From the NCBI GenBank assembly GCA_044347345.1, contig JBIKUX010000001.1:32001-96000 (forward strand): a DNA stretch of 64,000 nucleotides. The letters run 5' to 3'. The translations under genes were made by a program, and so were the position numbers. Numbering within the stretch: position 1 is the stretch's first letter; the number at the start of each line of letters is the position of its first letter. The stretch comes from Bdellovibrionota bacterium (GTDB lineage: Bacteria; Bdellovibrionota_C; UBA2361; JBIKUX01). Below are positions 8,469 to 18,915 of this stretch, one piece after another. The notes below the pieces were generated by a model, which worked only from the letters and a program-made list of their open reading frames with translations, was not told the origin of the DNA and did no database searches.

Positions 8469-10715
8469 ATGGATCAGGCCACACGCGAAATACTTTGGAA
8501 TGTTTCTCATCCAATTCATTCGATTTTAATGTACGCACTTCTTCTGCTAGCGATAGCTGTAGGGGCTATTGGAGTTTTTAGAAAGGGCGAAATAATCCTA
8601 GGTGGTAAATCGTCACCCCAGTCGCCAAAGAGCTTTCTAAAGCGGCTTAGATCATTTTACCGAGAAGCGGTATTTCAACGTAGTACCAATAGAGACTCTC
8701 AAGCCATTCTTTTTCATTCTCTCATTTACCTTGGTTTCTTAGTTTTACTTTTTACCACCACAATGGTGTTTATAGACCATGATTTGGGATGGAAAATTTA
8801 TCGAGGTAAGTTCTATTTAGCGATTACAATACTTAGCGATCTATTCGGATTGGGACTTGCCGCAGGAGTATTAGTAGCCGCACATCGAAGATATATTCAA
8901 AGACCAAGCAAACTACACAATGAATGGGGTGATGCTTTACTCCTGTTTACTCTCCTAGCATTAGTCTTTCAGGGGTATGCATTAGAGGGATTAAGAATTT
9001 TTGTTACAAGTGACCCTTGGAAGTGGTATTCACCAATAGGAGCTCTTACATCACAGTTATTTTGGCCTCTCAGCGACTCATCAGCTCTGACAATGCACCG
9101 CAGTATATGGTGGATGCATACGTTAACAGTATACGCAGTAGTCGCTTTGTCTCCTTACACCAAATACTTTCACTTAATAGCTAGCGCCGCAAATCTCTAT
9201 TTTAGACCAGAAAGAGGGCCAAAGGGTCAACTTCTCCCGATAGGGGATCTAGAGACCTTACTAGAAAAAGACGATGCTTTATCTCTCGGTTATGAATCTA
9301 TTAACAATTATTCCTGGAAGCATCTCTTAGATTTAGCGGCATGCACTAGTTGTGGCAGATGCCAAACAGTCTGCCCCGCCTATATTTCAGGAAAACCGTT
9401 ATCTCCAAAATGGTTAATATTAAATACTCGCAACCACTCGCTTGCTCTTGAGGCAGAAGGTTTAACACAGACAGAGTCACTGCTTCCAAAACAAATTACT
9501 AAACTTGATAATTGGCTTGGTCGTAACATCGGATTAAGTAGTATCGGGGTACAAAAGATTTCTCAACAAAATTCGGACCAGGCTTTTTATCAAGGAGGAA
9601 TGATAAAAGAAACTAGCGAACCGGTAAGATCCTCCTTGTTACAGTTGGGTGGAGATACCAATGCTCGAATAGCCGGAATGGTAATGGATCCTAATGTATT
9701 TTGGTCCTGCACAACTTGTATGGCATGTGTTGAAGCATGCCCGGTAGGTATAAACCAAGTCGATCATATCATCGAAAATAGACGCAATATGGTGATGATG
9801 CACGGCGATATTCCCTCGGAAGCTCAAGCCACCCTACGAGCACTTGAAACTAGGGGTAATCCTTTTGGTGCTCCTCAAGACCGTATTAAATGGGCTGATG
9901 GACTAAACGTACCAATAGTAACTCGAGGTGATAAAGTTGATGTTCTCTACTGGGTTGGTTGTATCTCTGCTTATGATAAACGTAAACAAAAAATCGCTCG
10001 AGCGATGGTCGAGATTCTAAATAGTTCGGGAATCTCTTACGGTATTTTAGGTGAAGCTGAGTGTTGCACAGGAGATCCAGCGCGAAGATTAGGTGAAGAA
10101 AACCTCTTTCAAACATTAGCAAAACAAAACACAGAAACATTAAGAGGGATTCGATGTCAGACGATCGTAGCAAATTGTCCTCACTGTTTTAATTCAATAA
10201 AGAATGAATACGGCGAATTTGGTGGAATATCCCAAGACAACGACAAACAAATACCCCGAGTAATACATCACACCCAACTCATTAAAGAACTAATTGATAC
10301 AGGTAAGATCAAAATATCTCTTGATAGTAATCAAGACGAGATAACATTCCATGATCCTTGCTATCTCGGACGTTACAATGATGAATATGAGGCACCACGA
10401 GAAACATTAGTTAAAATAGGCTCACAAATTAAAGAAATGTCCAGAAATAAAGAAAAAGGATTATGCTGCGGCGCTGGCGGTGGACACTTTTGGATGGATC
10501 TAAAGCTAGGTGAAAGAGTAAATTCCATTCGAGTAAATGAAGCGGCCAGTACTAATACAAATAAAATCGCTACCGGTTGCCCGTTTTGCCTACAAATGAT
10601 GGAAGACGGCGTTAAAGCAACTGATAGAGAAGAATCGCTCAAGGTATTTGACATTGCTGAACTTGTAGCCGCTCGTCTAGCTACGAGGGCGTCGCAATCC
10701 GAAAAAACCTGCTAA
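8469..10715 (+). CDS. Membrane-bound Fe-S oxidoreductase (FadF/HdrD-like: TM domain, two 4Fe-4S motifs, two CCG domains)
   Basis: N-terminal TM helices; CTSCGRCQTVCP and CTTCMACVEACP; GC..ECCTG..CPHC and DPC..LCCGAG..CPFC. ATG at 8469 preferred over TTG 8451. Confidence 0.9.
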   Translation: MDQATREILWNVSHPIHSILMYALLLLAIAVGAIGVFRKGEIILGGKSSPQSPKSFLKRLRSFYREAVFQRSTNRDSQAILFHSLIYLGFLVLLFTTTMVFIDHDLGWKIYRGKFYLAITILSDLFGLGLAAGVLVAAHRRYIQRPSKLHNEWGDALLLFTLLALVFQGYALEGLRIFVTSDPWKWYSPIGALTSQLFWPLSDSSALTMHRSIWWMHTLTVYAVVALSPYTKYFHLIASAANLYFRPERGPKGQLLPIGDLETLLEKDDALSLGYESINNYSWKHLLDLAACTSCGRCQTVCPAYISGKPLSPKWLILNTRNHSLALEAEGLTQTESLLPKQITKLDNWLGRNIGLSSIGVQKISQQNSDQAFYQGGMIKETSEPVRSSLLQLGGDTNARIAGMVMDPNVFWSCTTCMACVEACPVGINQVDHIIENRRNMVMMHGDIPSEAQATLRALETRGNPFGAPQDRIKWADGLNVPIVTRGDKVDVLYWVGCISAYDKRKQKIARAMVEILNSSGISYGILGEAECCTGDPARRLGEENLFQTLAKQNTETLRGIRCQTIVANCPHCFNSIKNEYGEFGGISQDNDKQIPRVIHHTQLIKELIDTGKIKISLDSNQDEITFHDPCYLGRYNDEYEAPRETLVKIGSQIKEMSRNKEKGLCCGAGGGHFWMDLKLGERVNSIRVNEAASTNTNKIATGCPFCLQMMEDGVKATDREESLKVFDIAELVAARLATRASQSEKTC

Positions 10716-11516
10716 CGCAATAATCGCACCGATAATTCCGTAGCCACCTTCAACTCCATTTAAGGTGAACTTACTATTTTCTAATCCCCACCCTCCATTA
10801 CTTACCAATGGATCAGTAATCTTAACCTCTTCTTTTTGCTCATTTGCGGGGTAATCCCATGATAACAAGGAATCGAGACCAACAGATGACTTCTCAGTAT
10901 TTGTAACTATTTCTGGAACAAGTGGAGCTCCTGTTAGCGAGAATGATTCAAAAATTGCTTTTCGCCAAACATCATGATGTTCGTATTGTCTCGTTTGATC
11001 GATATAAGTGAGAATATAATATTCGTCATCAGAAGGTACCAAAGCGACTAATGCTGTAAATAATTCAGCTTTTGCCAAAAATTTAAGATGAATTACGGGA
11101 GACTTTCCAACTGCACCAGGAAAATTTCTCCAAAAAGAGCGCACAAGCCCCACCTGATCAAGACCAAGAGAGCGATATTCTCCTAAAACTCGTTCTGCTA
11201 CCTGACTTAATGATTGAGAGTTAAAACTTCCGGCCTGACGAGTGACATTAAATGATGGATACCGAAACTTTTTTCCACTATCACGTCCATTAAACCTACT
11301 TTTTTTAAAACCACTGGAAAGAGCAACTATAACCTCAGAATAGTCTAATTGAGGATTACTATTTAACTCACTCGGGTAATAAAAACTTATCCCAGTAGAC
11401 TTATCTGAAAATATTTGAAACTCAGCTACTACCTCAACTGGGCTAGCTAAACCAAATAAAACCAACACAACTGCAATGTAATTAGTGAGAAAAAAAAGCT
11501 GATATTTAAGACTCAC
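10677..11516 (-). CDS. Exported hypothetical protein (PsbP-like start motif) with C-terminal membrane anchor
   Basis: GTG at 11516 has GGAG about 10 nt upstream and begins a signal-peptide-like stretch. FSDKSTGISFYYP follows. C-terminus is GG + hydrophobic helix + RRPRS. The longer listed ORF start (11753) is doubtful. Confidence 0.55.
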   Translation of the reverse strand: MSLKYQLFFLTNYIAVVLVLFGLASPVEVVAEFQIFSDKSTGISFYYPSELNSNPQLDYSEVIVALSSGFKKSRFNGRDSGKKFRYPSFNVTRQAGSFNSQSLSQVAERVLGEYRSLGLDQVGLVRSFWRNFPGAVGKSPVIHLKFLAKAELFTALVALVPSDDEYYILTYIDQTRQYEHHDVWRKAIFESFSLTGAPLVPEIVTNTEKSSVGLDSLLSWDYPANEQKEEVKITDPLVSNGGWGLENSKFTLNGVEGGYGIIGAIIALAGFFGLRRPRS

Positions 11517-11833
11517 GCTACGAAATCTCCAAAAAAATACAATCAGAACACTAAAAACAACAAAAAACCCCTGTAAAATGACCCTTCTCAACATTTTTCG
11601 TGTTGATTCCTTTAAACACTTCCTCCTATAGTGAACAAAGCTAACGCTAAACAACAGTGAAAACTGTAGTATTAAGCTAAGTGAGCTAAAAAGTACTAGC
11701 CTGACTGCGAAGATAATCGAGTAAGCTGCGCACAACTCGACGAGGGATAACAAGCCACATCGAGTCGAAGTGAATGGTAATCTGGATGACTAGCTCAGGC
11801 ATAAAAGGTAAATGTTGCAAAAGGAATTTTTGT

Positions 11834-12343
11834 ATGGCAGCAAAAGCAGGGAAAAAACCGGCTAAAAAAATCGATAAAAAGAAATCAACTCCGGCAAAGG
11901 CAGCTCCTAAAAAGAGTAAAGTAGCGAAAGCCGCAAAGCCAGCGCCAAAGAAAAAACCATCAACAACAACTGCGACGACAAAAACGTCAGCACGTGTTGT
12001 GAGTGCAGATGCTAGCGAAACAAAAAAAAGTCGCCAAATAAATAAGCCACGAAGTTCGAGTGGAACATACACTCAGTCGGAATTTATTGAGCATCTTTGC
12101 GCTTTTTGCGGGCTCTCAAAAAAGAGCGAAGCAAGAGAACTTGTTCACGATATTTCGGCTCTTGTAACTGAGAGTCTAAAGAAAGGTTATAAACTTCCTC
12201 TGTTTGGTTTAGGTAAACTATTTGTTAGAAAATCCGATGCCAGAAAAGGAAGAAATCCAGCTACTGGAGAAGAAATAACAATTCCAGCTAGAAAAAGAGT
12301 TCGTTTCACACCAGCGAAAGCACTAAAAGATTCGGTATTATAA
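11834..12343 (+). CDS. HU-family DNA-binding protein with Lys/Ala-rich N-terminal tail
   Basis: C-terminal HU fold (GLGKLFVR..ARKGRNPATGEEITIPARKRVRFTPAKALKD). About 75 aa AKK/PAK-rich N-terminus. ATG 11834 is preceded by AAGGA. Confidence 0.92.
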   Translation: MAAKAGKKPAKKIDKKKSTPAKAAPKKSKVAKAAKPAPKKKPSTTTATTKTSARVVSADASETKKSRQINKPRSSSGTYTQSEFIEHLCAFCGLSKKSEARELVHDISALVTESLKKGYKLPLFGLGKLFVRKSDARKGRNPATGEEITIPARKRVRFTPAKALKDSVL

Positions 12344-12390
12344 CTTTGAATATTTTAGTTCTGAATTAGAATCTTAGTACAATTTTTTAT

Positions 12391-12449
12391 GTTGGCCGTA
12401 AAAAGCTTTTGCAGGCTCTGTCTAAAAAGCAAGGTTTTTCACGGCCAAC
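12391..12449. terminator. Inverted repeat between convergent HU and nuoN genes, likely terminator
   Basis: gttggccgtaaaaagcttttgc ... gcaaggtttttcacggccaac forms a long imperfect stem. Confidence 0.6.
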
Positions 12450-12476
12450 TACAGTAAGCAAAATTAAAAAAGCTGA

Positions 12477-14204
12477 TCAGAAATTAGCCATTATCAAAAC
12501 GAGCTGTTGATATAAAGGTGAAGGATATAATCCAAGACCAATAACTAGTACGCTACATAAAAATATAATAGTCACAAGGCTAGCATATTTTAGGCTCGAA
12601 CCAGCTCCACTAGTACCATATGTATCTCCACCGATACTATTACCGATATAAACATTAGTTGCATTATTACTATAAAGGAGTGTTTCGTCACTGCGAGGGA
12701 TATCACTGCGAGGGATATCACTGCGAGGGATATCACTGCGAGGGATATCACTGCGAGGGATGTAAAAATACATCTCAACTATAAAGCGTAAATAATAATA
12801 GCAAGAGATGGCGGAACCAATCAAAGCTATTATTACTAAGCCAAGGTACGAACCGTGAACAGAAGCACTAAGTAAATAAATTTTCCCAGTCATTCCTGCC
12901 ATACCTGGTGGTAGCCCAGCAAGAGCAAAAAGAAATACTGAAAATGACGCCGCAATAAATGGTGTCCGGTATCCTAAACCTCTAAAAGCAGAGATATCAA
13001 AACGGCTTATTCCCTTTACTCTATTACCTTCATCTTCCCTAATCTGGACTTCGACCGAGGGTACTGCAAACTTCTGATCATGACCAAGAAATAAAAGAAC
13101 CGCAAAGGCCCCTAGAGTCATAGCAGAATAGCTAACCAAATAAAAAAGCATTGCCGCGCCACCTTGTAGCTCATCAAGTGGAAGCAATAATCCCATCAAC
13201 AAGTACCCGGCATGAGATATACTTGAATAAGCCAACATACGCTTAGCATCGCGCTGTCTCATGGCAACAATATTACCAAATATGATTGTCGCCGCTGATA
13301 CAGTCCATAAAGGACCTATCCAGAGGTCTGGTACTTGTCCTAATGTTATCCAAAAAAGGCGCAAAGCAGCCACAATCGATGCGCTCTTGATAACCGTGGC
13401 CATGAAGGCAGTTACTATAGTGGGGGCTCCGTCATAAACATCGGCTACCCAAAAATGTAGTGGTACGCCACCAATTTTAAAAATAATACCGAGGAACAAG
13501 CATCCTACAGCAAATGCCACAATGGGAGCTTCAGTTCCACCCAAATTAGTGCTTATATCGCCTACAATCGTGGAACCCGTTAAGCCATATAAAAGAACAA
13601 TACCAAATAAGAAAAAAGCTGAACTATAAGAGCCTAGCAAAAAGTATTTAAGAGCTGACTCAGATGATAGCCTCTCTGATAAAGTTAGTTTACGGGAAAG
13701 AGAAGAACCACATAAAGCGTATAGAGCTAGCGACATAATCTCTAACCCTAAAAATAATGTCATTAACTCTGTTGCAGATGAAAAAAGCACTGCTCCAAAC
13801 AAAGATAAAAGGAATAAAACGCATACCTCACTGTGTGAAACTACGCCGTCTTTATTTTGGCCATCTGTCCTCAGTAGAAAGGAGCATAAAAAACTAACTC
13901 CGATTAATAGAGAAGAAGAGAAGCCACTTAAAGTATCAACAGCTAAAAAACCACCAAAAATGGTCTTGCCAGATTGAGCAAACATCCCAGAGTAAGCAAC
14001 AGATATGTAGACTGAGATACTAAACGCAACAAATAGAGTTATCTTGGTTGTTAAAACACTTAAAGACTTAAGTTTAACAAACCCCTCACAAATTAATAAC
14101 ACTAAAGCTCCAACAGCAAGACAGATCAAGGGACTCGCCAACAACATCTGTGAAGCGAGTGATGTAGCTGTAGATACCGAACTATTCATGTTATTTACTC
14201 TCAC
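12477..14204 (-). CDS. nuoN: NADH-quinone oxidoreductase subunit N
   Basis: LGLEIMSL, ESALKYF, FKIGGVPLHFW..DVYDGAP, KRMLAYSSISHAGY, LAGLPP; last gene of the nuo block. Confidence 0.95.
   Translation of the reverse strand: MRVNNMNSSVSTATSLASQMLLASPLICLAVGALVLLICEGFVKLKSLSVLTTKITLFVAFSISVYISVAYSGMFAQSGKTIFGGFLAVDTLSGFSSSLLIGVSFLCSFLLRTDGQNKDGVVSHSEVCVLFLLSLFGAVLFSSATELMTLFLGLEIMSLALYALCGSSLSRKLTLSERLSSESALKYFLLGSYSSAFFLFGIVLLYGLTGSTIVGDISTNLGGTEAPIVAFAVGCLFLGIIFKIGGVPLHFWVADVYDGAPTIVTAFMATVIKSASIVAALRLFWITLGQVPDLWIGPLWTVSAATIIFGNIVAMRQRDAKRMLAYSSISHAGYLLMGLLLPLDELQGGAAMLFYLVSYSAMTLGAFAVLLFLGHDQKFAVPSVEVQIREDEGNRVKGISRFDISAFRGLGYRTPFIAASFSVFLFALAGLPPGMAGMTGKIYLLSASVHGSYLGLVIIALIGSAISCYYYLRFIVEMYFYIPRSDIPRSDIPRSDIPRSDIPRSDETLLYSNNATNVYIGNSIGGDTYGTSGAGSSLKYASLVTIIFLCSVLVIGLGLYPSPLYQQLVLIMANF
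12688..12761. repeat. 15-bp tandem repeat x5 inside nuoN (encodes IPRSD x5)
   Basis: Unit tcactgcgagggata: four perfect copies plus one 14-nt copy. Confidence 0.97.
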
Positions 14205-15834
14205 TTCCTGAGACTAAAGACGATATAAAACTAACCGGCCGTGCCACAAAATCGATATCATCTCCATGTCCTCGCTGGTTTCTATCGAGATATCTATCAT
14301 ACCTATCTAATACCCTTCCACGACGCTCTGTTGCTTTAATTAATACATTTACTGAAGGACGAACGACATCAATTAAATATTGAGGAAAACATCCAATAAA
14401 AATTACCAAAAAAATTACCGGCACTATCCCAGTAATCTCTACGACACTTATATCAAAGGAACTTCCGCTCCTAGTATTGACTGCTTCTATATGCTGAACT
14501 CGCCTCGGGCCAAACATTACGGCCTTATAAAGATGTAGCATGTATACAGCACTGAGAATAACTCCCATTAAAGCTAATCCAACTAGAACTGGATACTGAT
14601 TAAAAGCGCCCCCTAAAATCAAAAACTCTCCCACAAAACTACTCGTAAATGGAAGAGAAACAGCAGCCAATGTGACTAGCATCAACATAACTGCCGCAAG
14701 AGGCATCTGCCCTGATAAACCTCCAAAAGATACCAGATCGCGTGATCCAACTCTCTCAATCAACATGCCTGCAATAAGAAATAATGCGGCAGTTGTAAGT
14801 CCATGGCTTACCATCTGAACCATTAACCCAGTAGTAGATACCCCATTTAAAACTACGGCTCCTAGTACACAGAAACCAAGATGAGAAATCGAAGAAAATG
14901 AGATAAGTCGAACGAAATCAGTTTGTATCCAAGCAATCAAGGCTCCGTAAATTATCCCCATCACAGCAAGCACAGCAAGCACATCCGCCCAAGCGGCTCC
15001 ACCAAGCGGAAAAAGTGGAAGGGCGAATCTTACCAAACCGTACAGACCCATTTTTGAAAGCACACCAGCGAGAAAAGCTGCAACAGGAGGAGATGCTGCT
15101 GAGTAAGTTGTTGGTAGCCAAGTATGAAAAGGAAACAGCGGAATCTTTACTGCCATTGCAAGAGCAAACGCACCGTAAAGCCACCACTGCTCAACGCTTG
15201 TAAGACGAACGTTTAATAGATCTCTAAATAAAAAAGAAACCTCTCCACTCTGGTCGGCGTAAGTCCATACTGTGTAAAGGATAGCGACCAACATAAAGAT
15301 ACTACCGCCTACAGTGTAGACTAAGAACTTTTGAGTGGCTCGGAGCTTGTCTCCTTCACCCCATATACCTATTAAGAAATAAGCGGGAATAAGCATAAGC
15401 TCCCACGCTAAATAAAAAAGAAAGAGATCAAGTGCCAATATCGCAGCTACTACTGAGCCCTCTAAACAAAGAAAAGCTGCGAAGTAATCACGTTGATAGC
15501 GAATTGATGGAGAACTGACCAGTAATATAATTGGCGTAAGAAATACGGTAAGTAAAAGTAAACTTAAACTTATCCCGTCTATCCCAAGGGCGTACCACAC
15601 CCCTATCTCTTCAATCCACCTAAACTGCTCTGTTAATTGCAACCCACCATCACCAACCGTAAATCGCGCAGCGACCCCTAGACTTAACCCTAACTCAATA
15701 AAAGTAACAACTAGAGTTAACCAGAAGCTAACTCGTGAGCCTTGCCCCTTGGGAAAAAGATACAACAAAAGTGCTCCTATGAAAGGAGTCCATACAAGAG
15801 CACTTAGGAATGGGAGTGAATTGGAAGCGTTCAA
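14191..15834 (-). CDS. nuoM: NADH-quinone oxidoreductase subunit M
   Basis: LGIDGISL, FYLAWELMLIP, VKIPLFPFHTWLP, SSISHLG, SHGL, FVGEF. Confidence 0.95.
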   Translation of the reverse strand: MNASNSLPFLSALVWTPFIGALLLYLFPKGQGSRVSFWLTLVVTFIELGLSLGVAARFTVGDGGLQLTEQFRWIEEIGVWYALGIDGISLSLLLLTVFLTPIILLVSSPSIRYQRDYFAAFLCLEGSVVAAILALDLFLFYLAWELMLIPAYFLIGIWGEGDKLRATQKFLVYTVGGSIFMLVAILYTVWTYADQSGEVSFLFRDLLNVRLTSVEQWWLYGAFALAMAVKIPLFPFHTWLPTTYSAASPPVAAFLAGVLSKMGLYGLVRFALPLFPLGGAAWADVLAVLAVMGIIYGALIAWIQTDFVRLISFSSISHLGFCVLGAVVLNGVSTTGLMVQMVSHGLTTAALFLIAGMLIERVGSRDLVSFGGLSGQMPLAAVMLMLVTLAAVSLPFTSSFVGEFLILGGAFNQYPVLVGLALMGVILSAVYMLHLYKAVMFGPRRVQHIEAVNTRSGSSFDISVVEITGIVPVIFLVIFIGCFPQYLIDVVRPSVNVLIKATERRGRVLDRYDRYLDRNQRGHGDDIDFVARPVSFISSLVSGSESK

Positions 15835-15852
15835 ACCAGGCCTTTTCCGTTT

Positions 15853-17871
15853 TTATATTAGAAAATAGAATACAAGTAAGCCAACAGAACAAAAAAACGT
15901 TAGAAGAACATAATGGCGAACCTGCCCCGACTGAGAGAGTCTGGATACCTCACCAGCCATCTCAACAGAAGAACCGATTCCCTCAACTACGCCATCAATA
16001 AAAACTACTTCTACTACTTTAGAGCATACAAAAGCGATACCCCGTAGAGGTAATACTATTAATACATAATAAAACTCGTCTATAAACAATTTGCCGCGCA
16101 GAATAAATAAAAGTGGCTTAAAAAATTTTAATAAAACATTTAAAACTTGTGGGTACCATAAATAACAAACGGCAGAAAAAGTAATTCCAATTACTCCGCT
16201 CAGCGAACCTATAAAACATTCAAAAAGATAATTTATCCAACCACCCTGAGCTGAAACATGAACGGATACCGGTATACTCGATGATATAAATGTCGGAAGA
16301 TATACAGCTCCGATTATACCTCCTACAACAGATAAGAGGCCGAGCACTACTAAAGGAAAAGTCATAATAAGCGGCGACTCATGAGGTTCCTGAACATTGC
16401 TTGAGCTGGTAGGAGACTTAGTTACTGTAGGGTCACTATTCTCTCTTCCACGATATGAGCCACAAAATGTTAAAAATACCATTCTGCCCGTGTAAAATGC
16501 AGTAAGCATTCCGATAATTTTAGTTAACCAGATAAAAACCGAACCACTTTGCAAAATGAGAGGATTACTACTTGAAGTGAAAGATTGCACTATCGCATGC
16601 TTTGAAAAATAACCTGCAAACGGAAAAATACCTGACAGTGCCAGAGACCCCAAAACAAAAGTTACAAAAGTTATCGGCATAGACTTTCTTAGTCCACCCA
16701 TTCGACGCATATCCTGCTCGCCATTGCATCCATGGATTACAGAACCGGCACCTAGAAACAATCCTGCCTTAAAAAAGGCATGCGTGACTAAATGAAAAAG
16801 CGCAAATACATAAGCACCAGCACCAATCGCAAAAAACATGATGCCAAGCTGACTGACAGTAGAATATGCAAGAACGCGCTTAATATCAGTTTGAACTAGA
16901 GCTATAAGGCTTGCACCAAGAGCAGTCACTCCTGCAACTATACTTAAAAAAAGCCCAACGCTCGGCACTAAATCAACTAAAAAGTAGAGACGAATAAATA
17001 AATATATCCCAGCAGTAACCATTGTAGCGGCATGAATTAGAGCCGACACGGGAGTAGGTCCAACCATAGCGTCAGGCAACCAAACATACAGAGGAAATTG
17101 CGCACTTTTTGCCGCAGCAGCGACCAAAAAGCATATCACCACCTGCCAATACACCGGACTTACAAAAGGCGAATTAGCGACGGCCTCTCTTAGCTGAAAA
17201 AAATCGAGAGTCCTAAATTGCTTGAGCAGTAAAAACATCCCAAGTAAAAAACCAACATCACCTATTCGGTTAACTATAAAAGCTTTTCTAGCAGCAATCG
17301 CATTGTTAAGTTCTTTTGACCAGAAACCTATTAGAAGGTAAGAACAAAAACCTACTCCCTCCCAACCCATAAATAGAACAGCAAGATTACCTCCCAAAAC
17401 AAGTAAAATCATCGCGGCTAGGAATAGATTTAAGAAAGCGAAATAACGGTGACGTGCCTCATCGCCTGCCATGTATCCCACGGAAAACAGATGAATCAAA
17501 CTTCCGACCCCCGTGACAACAAGTAGCATAACGGCAGACAATGTATCAGCTCGAAGAGTGGCATTTATTAAAAATTCTGGTAAATCAATCCAAGCAAAGG
17601 GTAGCCACTCTAAAATTACAACAGACTTTTCAACTGTTTCTGAGAAAGACCCACATACTTTGTAACAAATCACTAGCGAGACAAAAAAAGTACTACAAGA
17701 TGCTAAGGAAGCAACTATTCCTGAAATATCTTTCTTAATCAGAGAAAAAGGCGCACCACACAAACATGATAAAAAAGCGCCAAATACAGGCAACCCTAAA
17801 AGCAACGCAAAAAGCATCTGTCCGTCGAGTACCGAACCTGCAATCATCGAGGGATTAAATTCCACACCCAT
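15853..17871 (-). CDS. nuoL: NADH-quinone oxidoreductase subunit L
   Basis: GWEGVG, NRIGD, KSAQFPLYVWLPDAMVGPTPVSALIHAATMVTAG, HAFFKA. Confidence 0.96.
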   Translation of the reverse strand: MGVEFNPSMIAGSVLDGQMLFALLLGLPVFGAFLSCLCGAPFSLIKKDISGIVASLASCSTFFVSLVICYKVCGSFSETVEKSVVILEWLPFAWIDLPEFLINATLRADTLSAVMLLVVTGVGSLIHLFSVGYMAGDEARHRYFAFLNLFLAAMILLVLGGNLAVLFMGWEGVGFCSYLLIGFWSKELNNAIAARKAFIVNRIGDVGFLLGMFLLLKQFRTLDFFQLREAVANSPFVSPVYWQVVICFLVAAAAKSAQFPLYVWLPDAMVGPTPVSALIHAATMVTAGIYLFIRLYFLVDLVPSVGLFLSIVAGVTALGASLIALVQTDIKRVLAYSTVSQLGIMFFAIGAGAYVFALFHLVTHAFFKAGLFLGAGSVIHGCNGEQDMRRMGGLRKSMPITFVTFVLGSLALSGIFPFAGYFSKHAIVQSFTSSSNPLILQSGSVFIWLTKIIGMLTAFYTGRMVFLTFCGSYRGRENSDPTVTKSPTSSSNVQEPHESPLIMTFPLVVLGLLSVVGGIIGAVYLPTFISSSIPVSVHVSAQGGWINYLFECFIGSLSGVIGITFSAVCYLWYPQVLNVLLKFFKPLLFILRGKLFIDEFYYVLIVLPLRGIAFVCSKVVEVVFIDGVVEGIGSSVEMAGEVSRLSQSGQVRHYVLLTFFCSVGLLVFYFLI

Positions 17872-17931
17872 GCCAGAGATACCTCTTTGATTAAACTTAT
17901 TTTACCAAACTTACTTTAACCACCAACGCTT

Positions 17932-18237
17932 TTACCACTTAAGCTCACTGGCTTCTTGCGTTTCAATGGAACTACTAACCCTAAATAGAGATAACATGAT
18001 TGCTAACCCAACAGCAGCTTCTGCTGCTGCGAGCACCATAACAAAAAATACAGCTACTTGACCATCGAGATTACCAGTGTGTCGAGAAAGAGCGACAAAC
18101 GCCACGTTCACTCCATTTAACATCAATTCAATACACATAAATACAACTATTGAATTGCGCCTTATACCAGCACCAACTGCTCCTATAAAAAAGAGTACTA
18201 CTGCAAAAACAAGATAAAAACTTGTCGGTACCGCCAT
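17932..18237 (-). CDS. nuoK: NADH-quinone oxidoreductase subunit K
   Basis: [22 protein letters not shown]. Confidence 0.96.
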   Translation of the reverse strand: MAVPTSFYLVFAVVLFFIGAVGAGIRRNSIVVFMCIELMLNGVNVAFVALSRHTGNLDGQVAVFFVMVLAAAEAAVGLAIMLSLFRVSSSIETQEASELKW

Positions 18238-18298
18238 TTAAAATACCACCATCTTACTTTTTGTTAACTGTTTTCTCCGCAAAGAGGCTCCCTATAAT

Positions 18299-18832
18299 TT
18301 AAGCTTCTGGTTGATCTACTCTCCTAGAAACTAATACTGCTCCAACAATTGCAACAATTAAAAGAATTGAGGCAACTTCGAAAGTAAAAAGATATTTAGT
18401 AAAGAGTAAACGTCCGATATTTTTTACCGTACCCTCTGACCCAGCTAGTTCAAACCCAATCCTACCAAGATCACCAGCGGGTAATTTGTAAAAAGAATCA
18501 TGCAAAATTGGAATTACAAGATATAAAAAACCAGCTCCAACAAAAATAGCACCTAAAGTTCCGAGCAACTGACCAACAGAGCGACGTTCATACTTTACGT
18601 TAAGTAACATAAGTACAAAAAGTACAAGCACCATAATCGCGCCTGCATAAACTGTGATCTGGGCTATAGCAAGGAAGTGTGCTCCAAGATTTGCAAATAT
18701 AGTAGCTACACCTAGGAGAGTTACTAAAAGTGACAGAGCACTATAAATGGGATTAACTAGAGCTACTACCCCTATTGCTCCGCAAATTGCTAAGAGGCTT
18801 GCAATTGTGAAGCTGATTAGTTCTCCATTCAT
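18299..18832 (-). CDS. nuoJ: NADH-quinone oxidoreductase subunit J
   Basis: NPIYSAL, QITVYAGAIMVLVLFVLMLL, FEVASILL. Confidence 0.95.
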   Translation of the reverse strand: MNGELISFTIASLLAICGAIGVVALVNPIYSALSLLVTLLGVATIFANLGAHFLAIAQITVYAGAIMVLVLFVLMLLNVKYERRSVGQLLGTLGAIFVGAGFLYLVIPILHDSFYKLPAGDLGRIGFELAGSEGTVKNIGRLLFTKYLFTFEVASILLIVAIVGAVLVSRRVDQPEA

Positions 18833-18915
18833 TCTTAATCTTTCACCTTTCTATTATTCTCTCTATTTTTTAAAAAAAACCCTTTTAAAATCTGCTTAAC
18901 TTTTATTGCACCCGC

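Noticed and set aside
11686-12072. Hydrophobic 128-aa ORF
   Set aside because: Antisense to the Lys/Ala-rich HU tail, which creates the Phe/Ala bias.
12590-12778. ORF with LAVIS repeats
   Set aside because: Alternative-frame reading of the nuoN 15-bp repeat.
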